A stretch of 64,000 nucleotides of DNA from Minisyncoccota bacterium (GTDB taxonomy: Bacteria; Patescibacteriota; Minisyncoccia; Phycocordibacterales; Phycocordibacteraceae), in NCBI GenBank assembly GCA_036399335.1, contig DASWNF010000014.1:209642-273641 (forward strand), given 5' to 3'. The notes beneath the pieces are model-generated. The model ran no database searches. It was not told the DNA's origin and saw only the letters and a program-made list of their open reading frames with translations. Below are positions 28,520-38,765 of the stretch, in pieces. Made by a program: the position numbers and the translations under genes. How positions within the stretch are numbered: the stretch's first letter is position 1; the number at the start of each line of letters is the position of its first letter.

Positions 28520-30694
28520 TTATTCCATGTAGAGCTTCCGTGTCTTCTCCTCGACGATCTTCCTGAGTGCGGGAAGGGAAGTCAGGTCGGGGTCAGCCTC
28601 GACCAGTTTCGAAGCCTCGGTGCGCGCGGCTTCGACGAGCTTCAAGTTCTTAATCGCTTCCATGGCGATGTCGGAGACGCCCCACTGCCGGGAGCCGGCG
28701 AGTTCCCCGGCGCCGCGGAGCGCGAGGTCGTATTCGGCGAGCTCGAAGCCGTCCTTGGCGGTCGTAAGGGCCTTCAGGCGGTCCTTGGTCGCAGGCCCGT
28801 ATGACTCGGGAAGGACGAAGCAGTATGCCTGGTGGTTACTCCGGATTACGCGGCCGCGGAGCTGGTGGAGCTGCGCGAGGCCGAAGCGCTCGGCACCTTC
28901 GATTAATATGACGGTGGCATTCGGTACGTTCACGCCGACTTCGACGACTGAGGTCGCGACGAGGATGTCGGTCGTACCGTCCTCAAAGGCCTTCATGGAC
29001 TTCTCCTTTTCCGCAGGCGTCATCTTGCTGTGGAGGATGCCGATAGAGCTCTCGGGGAAGACCTCGCGCTTCAGACGCTCGGCCTCGGCCTTCACGGACT
29101 TTGCCTGTACGGCGAGCTCCTTCGTCGGGTCGGGTTCGTCGATGCGCGGACAAATGACGTATGCCTGGCGGCCTTCGGCGAGTTCCTTGCGGACGCGGTC
29201 GTATGCCTCCGTACGCTTCTCGGGGCCGACGACTTCGGTGAGGATAGGTTTGCGCCCTTTAGGCATTTCGTCGAGGAGCGAGAGGTCGAGGTCGCCGTAT
29301 ATGGTGAGCGCGAGCGTGCGGGGGATGGGAGTCGCCGTCATGGAAAGGAGGTGCGGCGAGATGTCATGCTTCTTCGTGAGCTTCTGGCGGTGGGCTTTCC
29401 CGAAGCGGTGCTGCTCATCGATGATGGCGTAGGCGAGGTTCTGGAACTCGAGCGATTTATATACGAGGGCATGCGTGCCGATGACGATGGGGATCTCGCC
29501 GTTCGCGACCCACTTCGCGAATTGCGCGCGCGATACCTTCGCCGACTCCTCGTACGGCACCTTGGACGGGAACTTCCGGCATTCGCTCCCGGTGATGAGG
29601 CCTATGGGAATAGGGTGGTCGCGGAAGTACGAGACGAAGGTGGAGAAGTGCTGCTTCGCAAGGATCTCCGTAGGGCACATGTAGGCGACCTGGAGGCTGC
29701 CCGCCTTTCTCCCGGGCGGCTTACTCGTCGCTACGAGGTAGCTCGTCGCTGCGGCCACTGCCGTCTTACCGCTGCCGACGTCACCTTCGAGCAAGCGCCG
29801 CATCGGGTGCATCCGCTCGAAGTCCTCGACGATGCTCTCTATGGAACGCTCCTGGGCTCCCGTCGGGGGGAAGGGGAAGGAGGCGATGAAATCCGTAAGC
29901 GCCTTACGGTCCACCTCAACGGGAAGCGCCTTCTCGCGGACGGCATGAAGCCGCTCGCGCTGCATGGCGAGCTGGATGCCGAAGATTTCCTCGAAGGCGA
30001 ACCGCTTCTTCGCGACCTCGGCGTCCTCATTCTTCTTGGGTGCATGGAGGAAGACAAGGGCTGTCGAAAGCGCCGGGAGCTTATAGCGCGCGAGTATTTC
30101 GGGCGGTACAGGGTCTTCGATGGTTTCGTGCACGCGCGCCTCGAAGATGCGCTTCATCGCGTGGAGGAACCAAAGGGATGATACGCCGCGGCTCTCCGGG
30201 TATATGGCAAAGAGGGCGTCTTCCACCAGCGGCGCGCCGCTCTCAGTCTTCGTGAAGAGGGAGTCATGCACGTCTTCGGGAGAAACGGGCGAGCGGTCGA
30301 TGTCGGGGTTCGCGAGGTATATCTTCGCGCCCGTACCGGCAATACGCCCTGATGCCTTTACGACCTGCCCGTCGGCAAGCGTCTTCGCGATGTACGGCTG
30401 GTTGAACCACATGAGCTTAATGCGCCCCGAAGCATCTTCGAGCCACGCTTCGGCAAGTGGCCGGCGGCTCTTCCACGCCTTCCTCGTGTCGGGCTTCCGG
30501 ATGGTGCCGTAGAGGGTGACGTCGGCGCCGGCGGCGACGTTTGCGACGGTCCCGGTCGGGCCGGCCGCTTCGTAGCGGGCAGGGAAGTGGTAGAGGAGGT
30601 CACGGACGGTCTCAATACCGAGACGCTTCAGCGCCGTCTTCTGGTCGGGCTTGAGGCGGGTGAAGTGCTGCGTTACGAGGTCGTCGGCGTGCAT
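28520..30694 (-). CDS. recG: ATP-dependent DNA helicase RecG
   Basis: wedge/OB N-terminus, helicase motifs GDVGSGKT (I), DEQHRFG (II), SMTATPIPRT (III), QLRGRVIRS (VI); 724 aa. Confidence 0.85.
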   Translation of the reverse strand: MHADDLVTQHFTRLKPDQKTALKRLGIETVRDLLYHFPARYEAAGPTGTVANVAAGADVTLYGTIRKPDTRKAWKSRRPLAEAWLEDASGRIKLMWFNQPYIAKTLADGQVVKASGRIAGTGAKIYLANPDIDRSPVSPEDVHDSLFTKTESGAPLVEDALFAIYPESRGVSSLWFLHAMKRIFEARVHETIEDPVPPEILARYKLPALSTALVFLHAPKKNEDAEVAKKRFAFEEIFGIQLAMQRERLHAVREKALPVEVDRKALTDFIASFPFPPTGAQERSIESIVEDFERMHPMRRLLEGDVGSGKTAVAAATSYLVATSKPPGRKAGSLQVAYMCPTEILAKQHFSTFVSYFRDHPIPIGLITGSECRKFPSKVPYEESAKVSRAQFAKWVANGEIPIVIGTHALVYKSLEFQNLAYAIIDEQHRFGKAHRQKLTKKHDISPHLLSMTATPIPRTLALTIYGDLDLSLLDEMPKGRKPILTEVVGPEKRTEAYDRVRKELAEGRQAYVICPRIDEPDPTKELAVQAKSVKAEAERLKREVFPESSIGILHSKMTPAEKEKSMKAFEDGTTDILVATSVVEVGVNVPNATVILIEGAERFGLAQLHQLRGRVIRSNHQAYCFVLPESYGPATKDRLKALTTAKDGFELAEYDLALRGAGELAGSRQWGVSDIAMEAIKNLKLVEAARTEASKLVEADPDLTSLPALRKIVEEKTRKLYME

Positions 30695-30818
30695 AGTCTC
30701 AGTATACGCGCCCGCATGGATGCGTCATCGGGCATTCATGTCGTATATGCGTCACTAAGGAGCATTAGGGCAAACGCTGAGCTTGTGGGGCTGCGCGTGC
30801 TCGGTATACTAAGTTTAT

Positions 30819-32189
30819 ATGCTACGTACTTTCACTTCTTTTCTTTCCCTCGTGCTTATCTTTACGTTTACCGTAAGCCCAGCGATGGCTGCCACTAAAG
30901 ACGGTTTCTCAAAAGGCGCCTCAGTGAACCAGCTGCAAGATAAATACGAGGACGGTAAAATCCGCATCCTCATAGCCGCAGGGCATGAGCCTGGCTACGG
31001 TGGCGCCGTATACCAGGGCGTCTATGAGCGCGAGATTGTCACCGACATCGCCGACGAGCTCGAGGGCCTGCTTGAAGCCAACCCAAACTACGAGGTCATC
31101 GTTACGCGCGACGACAGCGCTTGGAACAAGAGCCTCGATAAGTACTTCGATAAGAATGAAAAGAAAATAGCGAAATTCGTAAGTACCCAGAAGAAAAAGA
31201 TGGAGAAGCTCCTCAAGAAGGGAACAGTGAAGGATGCGGCTGAGGGGCACGGTGTCGCTGCGCCGACCGACGTGGCGCTTCGCCTCTACGGCATTAACAA
31301 ATGGGCAAACGAAAATAAGATCGACCTCGTCGTAAATCTCCACATCAACGACGCTCCCGACCACGGACCGGACCAGCCATCGCAGCACCATGGCTACGCT
31401 ATCTACGTCCCGGATTCCATATTCGGCAACAGCAAGACGGCAAAGGCGCTCGGTAACGACATCGCTGACCGCCTCGACGCGCTTTCCGACGTCTCGACCA
31501 ATACCCAGGAACGAGCCGGGGTCGTGCCGCATCGCGAATTCATCGCCATCGGCGCGTACGGTACGCTGAACGTACCGAGCGTACTCATCGAGTACGGATA
31601 CATCACGGAGCCGCGCTTCACCCTCGTAGAGCACCGCGAGCAGGTGACCGAAGATACTGCCTACCAGACGTACCTCGCCATCCAGGACTTCTTCGGCGAT
31701 CCGGTTGAGAACCCGCGCAAGGTAAAGAAGCTCCCGACGACCTGGCCCGAGCCCGAGCCGCTTCCGGTAGCGACGACGACGCCCGTTTTTGCAACGACCA
31801 CGACAACTACGACGGTAGTGGTGACCCCTCCGGCACCGGTGGTGGTGGCCACGCCTGCGCCCGTAGTCATCCCGCCAACACCCGCTCCTGCTCCTGCGGC
31901 AGTCGTTACGGCGAATGCGTGCGCAGCCTTCACGACCAAGCTCTCGCTCATGGCCGATACGGATGCGCCGAGCGACGACGTGAAGCGTCTCCAGCAGATC
32001 CTCGCGAAGGATAAGACGATTTATCCTGAGGGCCTCGCAACGGGCTTCTTCGGCCCTGCCACCGAGCGCGCCGTTAAAGCCTTCCAGAAGAAGCAGGGAA
32101 TCGTGACCGAAGGTACGCCCGAGACGACCGGATACGGTGCCGTGGGCCCGAAGACTGCCAAGGCGCTCCTCGCTATTTGCACTCCGTAA
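30819..32189 (+). CDS. N-acetylmuramoyl-L-alanine amidase (Amidase_3) with Thr/Pro linker and C-terminal peptidoglycan-binding domain
   Basis: signal peptide; AGHEPGYGGAV and NLHINDAP amidase_3 motifs; TTTPVFATTTTTTTVVVTPPAPVVVATPAPVVIPPTPAPAPAA linker; PG_binding_1-like LQQILAKDKTIYPEGLATGFFGPATERAVKAFQKKQGI. Confidence 0.75.
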   Translation: MLRTFTSFLSLVLIFTFTVSPAMAATKDGFSKGASVNQLQDKYEDGKIRILIAAGHEPGYGGAVYQGVYEREIVTDIADELEGLLEANPNYEVIVTRDDSAWNKSLDKYFDKNEKKIAKFVSTQKKKMEKLLKKGTVKDAAEGHGVAAPTDVALRLYGINKWANENKIDLVVNLHINDAPDHGPDQPSQHHGYAIYVPDSIFGNSKTAKALGNDIADRLDALSDVSTNTQERAGVVPHREFIAIGAYGTLNVPSVLIEYGYITEPRFTLVEHREQVTEDTAYQTYLAIQDFFGDPVENPRKVKKLPTTWPEPEPLPVATTTPVFATTTTTTTVVVTPPAPVVVATPAPVVIPPTPAPAPAAVVTANACAAFTTKLSLMADTDAPSDDVKRLQQILAKDKTIYPEGLATGFFGPATERAVKAFQKKQGIVTEGTPETTGYGAVGPKTAKALLAICTP

Positions 32190-32204
32190 ATAACCTCTCT
32201 TAAT

Positions 32205-32236
32205 AAAGACCCCCTTCTGCAAGAAGGGGGTCTTTA
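32205..32236 (+). terminator. intrinsic terminator aaagacccccttctgcaagaagggggtcttta
   Basis: perfect hairpin + T-rich tail. Confidence 0.65.
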
Positions 32237-32281
32237 TTCTAGGTACTTGCAATTATTTAGAAGCTATGGTATAGTAGACTC

Positions 32282-32713
32282 ATGAAATACATAAGCCAAT
32301 TTATGCACCTATCACCTCGTTTTTTCGCCGTCTTTGCCCTCATGCTCGCCTCCGCCTTGCCAGTAGCCGTAGACGCAGCAGCAAAGCGCTCGATTCCTGT
32401 TAATGTACAGGCCCAACAGCAACTACAGCTTGATGCGGCACCCCGCCTCCTTCCTGCTACCGTTACTTCCGGCATGTACACGACGGGAAGGCCCACCATT
32501 ACGGGTACGGCACCAGGCCATGCGGCCGTCGGGTTCTCGATTAGCAACGGGGATAAGTACTACGGAAGCGGCACTTTCCCGGTCGTAAACGGAAGATGGT
32601 CGCACACCCTTACCGAGGCCATCCCTGACGGCCGCTATACCGTACACCTATACGGCACAAACAACATTGAAATTGCACGCGGTACCCTCATCATTAACGC
32701 AAGGGCACAGTAA
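32282..32713 (+). CDS. secreted hypothetical protein (Ig-like?)
   Basis: signal peptide FFAVFALMLASALPVAVDAAA. Confidence 0.45.
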   Translation: MKYISQFMHLSPRFFAVFALMLASALPVAVDAAAKRSIPVNVQAQQQLQLDAAPRLLPATVTSGMYTTGRPTITGTAPGHAAVGFSISNGDKYYGSGTFPVVNGRWSHTLTEAIPDGRYTVHLYGTNNIEIARGTLIINARAQ

Positions 32714-32730
32714 CCGGCGTAGCGTTACGA

Positions 32731-32774
32731 AAAAGAACGAAGGCTGTCCACACGGACAGCCTTCGTTCTTTTTC
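32731..32774 (+). terminator. intrinsic terminator aaaaagaacgaaggctgtccacacggacagccttcgttctttttc
   Basis: long perfect hairpin with A/T tracts. Confidence 0.7.
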
Positions 32775-32790
32775 GTATACTGAGCCTCCC

Positions 32791-33927
32791 ATGACCCCCC
32801 AAGAAAAGAAAATCCTCGCAGCCTTCAAGGCTAGCGGTGCGCGCATAGAGACCGCCTCGCGCGTGAAGCTGGCGTCGAAGGAAGACCTTTCCCTCTACTA
32901 CACGCCGGGAGTCGGCGTCGCCTCGCGCCACCTAGCCGAAAAGCCCGAAGACGCGCGCAAGATGTCCGTGAAGCGCAACTCGGTGGCCATCGTCTCGGAT
33001 GGTTCGGCCGTGCTCGGCCTCGGCAACATCGGCCCGTACGGCGCACTCCCTGTGATGGAAGGGAAGGCGCTTATCTTTAAGGAGTTTGCCGGCATCGACG
33101 CGTGGCCAATCGTACTTTCCACCCAGGATCCCGAAGAAATAGTTCGTACGGTCGTCGCTATCGCTCCCGGCTTCGGCGGCATTAACCTCGAAGACATCAA
33201 GGCCCCTGAATGTTTCTATGTCGAAGAGCGTCTCCACGAGCTCCTCGATATCCCCGTCATGCATGACGACCAGCACGGCACGGCCATAGTCGCGCTCGCC
33301 GGTCTCGTAAACGCAGCCAAGATCGTGAAGAAGGACCTGAAGAAGCTGCGCGTCGTCATTTCGGGAGCGGGCGCCGCAGGAACGGCCGTTGCGTACCTCT
33401 TCGTTGCCGCAGGCATTACGGATATTGTCGTGCTCGACCGCGCCGGTGCCCTATACGCAGGAAGGAAGGGTCTCGAAGGCCCAAAGAAGATGCTCGCACG
33501 CCGTACCAACCCCCGAAAGGTGAAGGGCGGGCTCACGGATGTGCTCCCGGGTGCGGACGTATTCATCGGGCTCTCAGGCCCTGGCCTCATGACGGCAGAG
33601 CATGTGCGCACAATGGCAAAGGATGCCATTGTCTTCGCGCTCTCGAACCCAACCCCTGAAATCATGCCTGAGGAAGCGAAAAAGGGAGGCGCTAAGGTGG
33701 TTGCCACCGGGCGCTCCGACTTCCCGAACCAAATCAATAATGCTCTGGTATTCCCGGGCATCTTCCGCGGTGCCCTCGATAAGGGCGTTACGAAGATCAC
33801 GGAAGACACGAAGCTGCGTGCAGCTCGCGCGCTCGCTGCGCTCGTAAAGAAGCCAACCGCCAACCGCATCATTCCTGGTGTCTTTGATGCCGGCGTCGTG
33901 CCGGCCGTCGCCAGGGCCGTGCGGTAG
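32791..33927 (+). CDS. NAD(P)-dependent malic enzyme (short form)
   Basis: YTPGVG, malic-enzyme N-domain and NAD-binding GAGAAGTA Rossmann motif. Confidence 0.8.
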   Translation: MTPQEKKILAAFKASGARIETASRVKLASKEDLSLYYTPGVGVASRHLAEKPEDARKMSVKRNSVAIVSDGSAVLGLGNIGPYGALPVMEGKALIFKEFAGIDAWPIVLSTQDPEEIVRTVVAIAPGFGGINLEDIKAPECFYVEERLHELLDIPVMHDDQHGTAIVALAGLVNAAKIVKKDLKKLRVVISGAGAAGTAVAYLFVAAGITDIVVLDRAGALYAGRKGLEGPKKMLARRTNPRKVKGGLTDVLPGADVFIGLSGPGLMTAEHVRTMAKDAIVFALSNPTPEIMPEEAKKGGAKVVATGRSDFPNQINNALVFPGIFRGALDKGVTKITEDTKLRAARALAALVKKPTANRIIPGVFDAGVVPAVARAVR

Positions 33928-33938
33928 GGAAGACGACT

Positions 33939-33969
33939 AAAAAGCCCCGGGCAATCCCGGGGCTTTTTC
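33939..33969. terminator. bidirectional terminator aaaaagccccgggcaatcccggggcttttt
   Basis: perfect hairpin with A and T tracts between convergent genes. Confidence 0.7.
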
Positions 33970-34424
33970 TAATCGCGTTGGATGGCTTCACGGATGCGCT
34001 CGAAGACGCTGGCGAACCAGGCGCGGTCGCGTACGCTCCCACATTCTTCGGCCACGCGTGCGAGCGGTACCCACTTAGCCTCAGCAATCTCGTGCGACGG
34101 AGCGAGTACGGCTCCTCGCGCAGCGGCATAGAGGTACATGTGGATCTCTTTTATCTCAGAGCGCTCGTTATCGCCTGCAGGCGTCATGTGGTATCGCTCG
34201 TAGGTGCCGAGGTCGCCGAGATATTCGAGCTCGGTGAGCCCGGTTTCCTCCGCGATTTCCCGGCGCGCGGTCTCTTCCTCGTCTTCACCCTCCTCGACGT
34301 GACCCTTTGGGAAGAACCAAGTACGGGTGCCGTGCACATGACGCACCATGGCTATCTGCGCCCGGTCGCCGAGCACGATGCCCCCGGCGGCGCGTACGCG
34401 CTCGACGTGTACAGGATCCGGCAT
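33969..34424 (-). CDS. NUDIX hydrolase
   Basis: Nudix box GHVEEGEDEEETARREIAEETG. Confidence 0.8.
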   Translation of the reverse strand: MPDPVHVERVRAAGGIVLGDRAQIAMVRHVHGTRTWFFPKGHVEEGEDEEETARREIAEETGLTELEYLGDLGTYERYHMTPAGDNERSEIKEIHMYLYAAARGAVLAPSHEIAEAKWVPLARVAEECGSVRDRAWFASVFERIREAIQRD

Positions 34425-34942
34425 TACCGGGTTACGGTCACAGTGCCGCCGTGGCTCGAGTTCGCGTGGTTGTGGTAATCGAAGGCACCGGCCTTAGTGA
34501 ACGTGAAGCTGTACCGGGCGCCTGCCGAGCACTGGTCAAAGACGCTCGCGCTTGTCGCTGTACCGTTTGCACAATGTTCAGCAGTCGACGTACCGTCATA
34601 GTTCGTATGGGTAGGGTGTTCGTCCACGCCCACCCACATGCGGCCTGAGGTGGAGTTGACCCAGGTCACCGTCGTGCCGGTCGGCACGGTGATGTTTGCC
34701 GGGGAGAAGCCGTTCGGGCCGTAGGTGACGGTCATGCCTGCAGCAGCTGGGGCAGGGGCCGTAGCCGCTGCGGACGGAGCTGGGGCGGGCATGTTCCCGA
34801 CTGCTTGCGAGTTCGTCGCGTTCGTCGTAGTTGCCGGCTGGTTCTTCTCGGTCTCACTTGTGCCGCCTGAAAAGGCCAACAGGCCGACCAAGAGAAGGAC
34901 GAGTATCGCCGCGATGATAATGAGGATGGTTCGTGTATTCAT
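34424..34942 (-). CDS. secreted cupredoxin-like domain protein
   Basis: N-terminal TM/signal; TVPTGTTVTWVNSTSGRMWVGVDEHPTH...FDYHNHANSSHGGTVTVT cupredoxin-like strands; paralog of 13960..14373. Confidence 0.45.
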   Translation of the reverse strand: MNTRTILIIIAAILVLLLVGLLAFSGGTSETEKNQPATTTNATNSQAVGNMPAPAPSAAATAPAPAAAGMTVTYGPNGFSPANITVPTGTTVTWVNSTSGRMWVGVDEHPTHTNYDGTSTAEHCANGTATSASVFDQCSAGARYSFTFTKAGAFDYHNHANSSHGGTVTVTR

Positions 34943-35156
34943 AAGGCTAGGTTATGTCGGTAATGTTGTTCCAGTGTAGCGCTTTAAGGAAGATACGGTA
35001 CCTGGGGATGGGTGAACGGGGAGTTAAATCTTTTTTCTTCGCCTGAATACAGGGGGAGGTGTTAGATACCAGAAACAAAAAAGCCACCTTCTCCTTGCTT
35101 CCGGTATGCGAGTCGCTACAAAACCAGACCTCCAGTCTGCTGATAGTAAATACTGT

Positions 35157-35246
35157 TGGCGGAGACGGCGGGATTCGAACCCGCGAGGGGTTTTACCCCC
35201 TACCTCGTTAGCAGTGAGGCGCTTTCGGCCACTCAGCCACGTCTCC
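35157..35246 (-). tRNA. tRNA-Ser (anticodon GCU)
   Basis: reverse complement GGAGACGUGGCUGAGUGGCCGAAAGCGCCUCACUGCUAACGAGG...long variable arm...GGGUUCGAAUCCCGCCGUCUCCGCCA; anticodon loop CUGCUAA; CCA encoded. Confidence 0.8.
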
Positions 35247-35294
35247 GGATGTCGCTATCCTACTGTATTCGAAGCCCGTTTCCAAATTTCCAAA

Positions 35295-35918
35295 TTAATG
35301 TGCAAGCGCAAGGGGAATTATGCGCCCGCCCGCATTTCGGAGCACCCGGACTGCCTCACATAGGGTTGCGCCTGTCGTTACGACGTCGTCAATGAGGAAG
35401 TAGGTAACCTCAGGATCGGGAACGTTCCTAGGCGCGAAGGCGCCTCGTACGTTTCGTACCCGTTCCGCCTTACCCTCAAGCGAAGTCTGCGGAAGCGTAT
35501 CCCGTGCGCGCTGAAGGAGCGAGGTCACGACCGGTATGCGAAGTTGCCTTGCTGCACGCAGAGCAACCTCCTCTACCTGGTTGTACCCGCGCTCTTTTTT
35601 GCGGACGCCCGAAAGGGGGAGGGGGACAAGTGCAAAAGCCCGTTTCTCATAGAGGTATTGTTCAGCGCACTCTTCTTCAAGGTAGCGGGCGAGCACGTCA
35701 CCAAGAATATGCTGGGCACGGGTATTACCGTGGAATTTCGCCTCGAGTATCGACGCGCGCACTACCGGGTCTTCGTAATGAAGCAGTGCGGTCACTTCAA
35801 GCTCTCTGAGGAGCAGCGTGCGGGGAACGAGCTGCGGCGCGAGGCCGGAGATTCCAAGCTCGCGTACGGATACCTCGGTATCGCGCGGCGGGAAGATGAA
35901 ATCAAGCACATGGAGCAT
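35295..35918 (-). CDS. comFC: ComF-family protein (phosphoribosyltransferase domain)
   Basis: C-terminal PRTase motif TYFLIDDVVTTGATL; size and position next to type IV pilus cluster. Confidence 0.6.
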   Translation of the reverse strand: MLHVLDFIFPPRDTEVSVRELGISGLAPQLVPRTLLLRELEVTALLHYEDPVVRASILEAKFHGNTRAQHILGDVLARYLEEECAEQYLYEKRAFALVPLPLSGVRKKERGYNQVEEVALRAARQLRIPVVTSLLQRARDTLPQTSLEGKAERVRNVRGAFAPRNVPDPEVTYFLIDDVVTTGATLCEAVRVLRNAGGRIIPLALAH

Positions 35919-36029
35919 GCCTTATTTTAGTCAGTGTCCGCAAGGGAAGCTCATGTGGAGGGGGTGCGGAAGAGCGTATCGGCTGCAGGAAAACCTTACC
36001 GTCAAAGTCCAAGATGGTACAATTCGCGC

Positions 36030-37118
36030 ATGGGTTTTTTCTCTGACTTCCTCGGCACAAAGAAGAAGAGCCAAAGCGTTATTGGCGTTGATGTCGGGTC
36101 GTCGTCCTTGAAGGTCGTGCAGCTCCGGCGGGACAGCGAGACTGCCGTCCTTGAGACCTATGGCGAGCTTGCGCTTGGTCCCTACGCAGGCGGCGATGTT
36201 GGCCAGGCGACCAACCTTCCTGCGGACAAGATTGCAGAGACGCTCCGCGACCTCTTGCGCGAGTCGAGCGTGACGACGAACGAAGCCGGGATTTCCATAC
36301 CGTTCTCGCGGTCGCTCCTTACGCTCATCACGCTCCCGAAGCGCGACGACCCGGAAGAGCAGCGGACGATAGTCGAGCTCGAGGCGCGCAAATACATTCC
36401 CGTGCCGGTGTCCGAAGTGCAGCTCGACTGGTTCGTCATTCCCGAGCCCCTCGAAGAAGGCGCGCAGCCATCCGACAAGATGAAGGTCCTCGTCGTTGCC
36501 GTGCACAACGACGAGCTTAAGCTCCTCGAAGGCATCGTTACTGGGGCGAACCTCGCCGCAAGCTTTTATGAGATAGAGATATTCAGCACGATACGTTCCG
36601 TAGTCGAGGAGCCGATAAAGCCCGTCCTCGTCCTCGATATCGGCGCATCGGCAACCAAGGTCTACGTCGTCGAGCACGGCGTCGTCGCCTTTTCGCATAA
36701 CATTCCCCGCGGTGGGCAGGATGTCACCCGGAACCTCGCCACTGCGCACGGCATGGCCGTGGGGCAGGCCGAGAACGCAAAGAAGCAGTACGGCTTCACG
36801 GCGACCGGGCAGCCCTATGACGTGCGGACCCTTGAGAACGTCTTCTCGCGCATTTTCGAAGAAGCGAAGCGCGTCATGATGCAGTACGAGACGACGAACC
36901 AGAAGGCCATTGCTGCGCTCGTACTTACGGGCGGCGGAGGGGTCACCAAGGGCCTCGAGGGCTATGCGAAGTCGTTCTTCTCCGTGCCGGTCACGATTGC
37001 CGACCCTTTCAAAAAGACCGAAGCGCCGGCATTCATGCGCCCCGTACTTGCTGAAATAGGACCGGAATTCGCCGTTGCCGTCGGCCTCGCCTTGAGGAAA
37101 CTCGAAGAACTTTCATAA
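36030..37118 (+). CDS. pilM: type IV pilus assembly ATPase-like protein PilM
   Basis: actin-like fold, N-terminal VIGVDVGSSSLKVVQL, C-terminal ...AVAVGLALR; start at ATG 36030. Confidence 0.7.
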   Translation: MGFFSDFLGTKKKSQSVIGVDVGSSSLKVVQLRRDSETAVLETYGELALGPYAGGDVGQATNLPADKIAETLRDLLRESSVTTNEAGISIPFSRSLLTLITLPKRDDPEEQRTIVELEARKYIPVPVSEVQLDWFVIPEPLEEGAQPSDKMKVLVVAVHNDELKLLEGIVTGANLAASFYEIEIFSTIRSVVEEPIKPVLVLDIGASATKVYVVEHGVVAFSHNIPRGGQDVTRNLATAHGMAVGQAENAKKQYGFTATGQPYDVRTLENVFSRIFEEAKRVMMQYETTNQKAIAALVLTGGGGVTKGLEGYAKSFFSVPVTIADPFKKTEAPAFMRPVLAEIGPEFAVAVGLALRKLEELS

Positions 37119-37160
37119 CGCTCCAGAAGCGCGACAATCACGAGGAATTCATGCAAGCCG

Positions 37161-38090
37161 ATGCATGATGCGCGGATACTAGTAAGCGGCAGAATCCGTA
37201 TGTACAAGGGTAAAGACATGATAGGAAAGCCGGTTGTTAACGTCGCGACCGGTGAAATGATAGATAAGGTGCGGGACGTATTCTTCGACGCCGCAGAACG
37301 GCGGGTCCTCGGTTTTTTGGTGGACGAAGGCGGACTTCTCGCTTCGGCGCGCGTCCTCCCGTTCGCTTCCGCGGACGTCATCGGGCCCGACGGGATATTG
37401 GTCTCCACTGACGCGGCTATCGTGCGCGCGAGCGAGGCTCCGCACGGCACGAACATCCTGAACGAGAATAACGTCGTCGTCGGTACGAAGATCATGACTG
37501 AAGACGGCAAGGACCTCGGTACGATTAACGATTTCTTCTTCGAAGAAACGACCGGGGCAATTGAAGGTTACGAGGTAACCGGCGGCTTGTTTGCCGATGC
37601 CGTATCCGGGAAGTCGTATCTCCCGAGCCCGTTGTCCTTCCGCATCGGCCGCGACGTCGCCTTCGTGCCTGCTGAGACCGAGACGCTCATTGAGCAACAG
37701 ACGGGAGGCCTTGCGGCCATGATGGCGCGCACCCAGGACACCATGCAGAGCACGCGCCGCGACCTTGAGTCCCGGACGCCTGACCTCACGGACGCCGTAA
37801 AGCGCGCGTGGGAGCGGGCGAAGCAAGTGACGGCGGAGGTGACGGGACGTACTGAGGAGAAGATTGAGGAAAAGCGCGTCGAAGCAGCGCTCGGCCGCCC
37901 CGTCACGCGCGTCATCCTCGACCGTGACGACACGCCGATCCTCAATACGGGGGACATCATTACTAACGAAGCGGTGGCTAAGGCTCGCGAACGCGGCGTG
38001 CTGAACATGCTTCTCTCGTCCGTCTATACCGCCGGTCCCGAATTCAGCTCCGACGAGCTTAAGACGAAGCCCGGGGAGCAGGGCATCTAA
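37161..38090 (+). CDS. PRC-barrel domain protein (tandem PRC domains)
   Basis: repeated KGKDMIGKPVVNVATGEMIDKVRDVFFD / VVGTKIMTEDGKDLGTINDFFFEE / PILNTGDIITNEAV PRC-like segments; true start uncertain (37161-37221). Confidence 0.45.
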   Translation: MHDARILVSGRIRMYKGKDMIGKPVVNVATGEMIDKVRDVFFDAAERRVLGFLVDEGGLLASARVLPFASADVIGPDGILVSTDAAIVRASEAPHGTNILNENNVVVGTKIMTEDGKDLGTINDFFFEETTGAIEGYEVTGGLFADAVSGKSYLPSPLSFRIGRDVAFVPAETETLIEQQTGGLAAMMARTQDTMQSTRRDLESRTPDLTDAVKRAWERAKQVTAEVTGRTEEKIEEKRVEAALGRPVTRVILDRDDTPILNTGDIITNEAVAKARERGVLNMLLSSVYTAGPEFSSDELKTKPGEQGI

Positions 38091-38099
38091 TTAAGACTT

Positions 38100-38618
38100 A
38101 TGGAAACAACAAATGACGTGCGCCTAGTCGGCAAGCCATCAAAGCTGCCGCTCATTATCCTCGGGCTTCTTGTCCTTGCGCTCCTCGGGTACCTTCTCTG
38201 GCACTCCGGAAAGGCGCAAGAGGGTGCGGAACAAGGCCAGCAGCAGATGCAGCAGCAAGTCGGGGCCGACGTACGCGACATCGCGGGCGTGTACGGGGTA
38301 ACGAATACTGCCGACCTTCACAACCGCAACCTTGCCCTGGAAGACGTGACGGTAAGTCGGGTCATCAGCGACCGGCTCTTTTACGTCCATCAAGGGAACG
38401 AGGCGCAGCCGCTTCTCGTCTACCTTGCCGATCGCCTCGACGAAGGGGAGAACGAAGGCGGAGTGCGCATCCAGGTCGGACAGAAGCTGAGCGTTTCAGG
38501 CGAGCTTAAGGACGTATCCCAGGCCGGCATCGACGAGGGCGACGATTATGCCGCCGACGAAGTGGGTATTATCCGCGGCGAGCGCGTCTATCTCGAGGCA
38601 AAGCGCACCAATTCGTAA
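38100..38618 (+). CDS. hypothetical membrane-anchored protein
   Basis: single N-terminal TM, Gln-rich linker. Confidence 0.4.
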   Translation: METTNDVRLVGKPSKLPLIILGLLVLALLGYLLWHSGKAQEGAEQGQQQMQQQVGADVRDIAGVYGVTNTADLHNRNLALEDVTVSRVISDRLFYVHQGNEAQPLLVYLADRLDEGENEGGVRIQVGQKLSVSGELKDVSQAGIDEGDDYAADEVGIIRGERVYLEAKRTNS

Positions 38619-38657
38619 ACATCCTACGCGCGGGCAGCCAGCGCAAGGAGAAACCGC

Positions 38658-38685
38658 AAAGGCCCGGCAGTACTGCCGGGCCTTT
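38658..38685 (+). terminator. hairpin aaaggcccggcagtactgccgggccttt
   Basis: perfect 10-bp stem + T tract. Confidence 0.55.
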
Positions 38686-38765
38686 CGCATATGGCACACC
38701 GCCCGTACCTATATATGTGCATAACAGGCCTACATTGACCGACGGCGTAGCGTATACTGTATTTC

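Noticed and set aside
30921-32252. 443-aa minus-strand ORF overlapping the amidase gene
   Set aside because: Arg-rich shadow ORF. The plus-strand product has a signal peptide plus amidase/PG-binding motifs.
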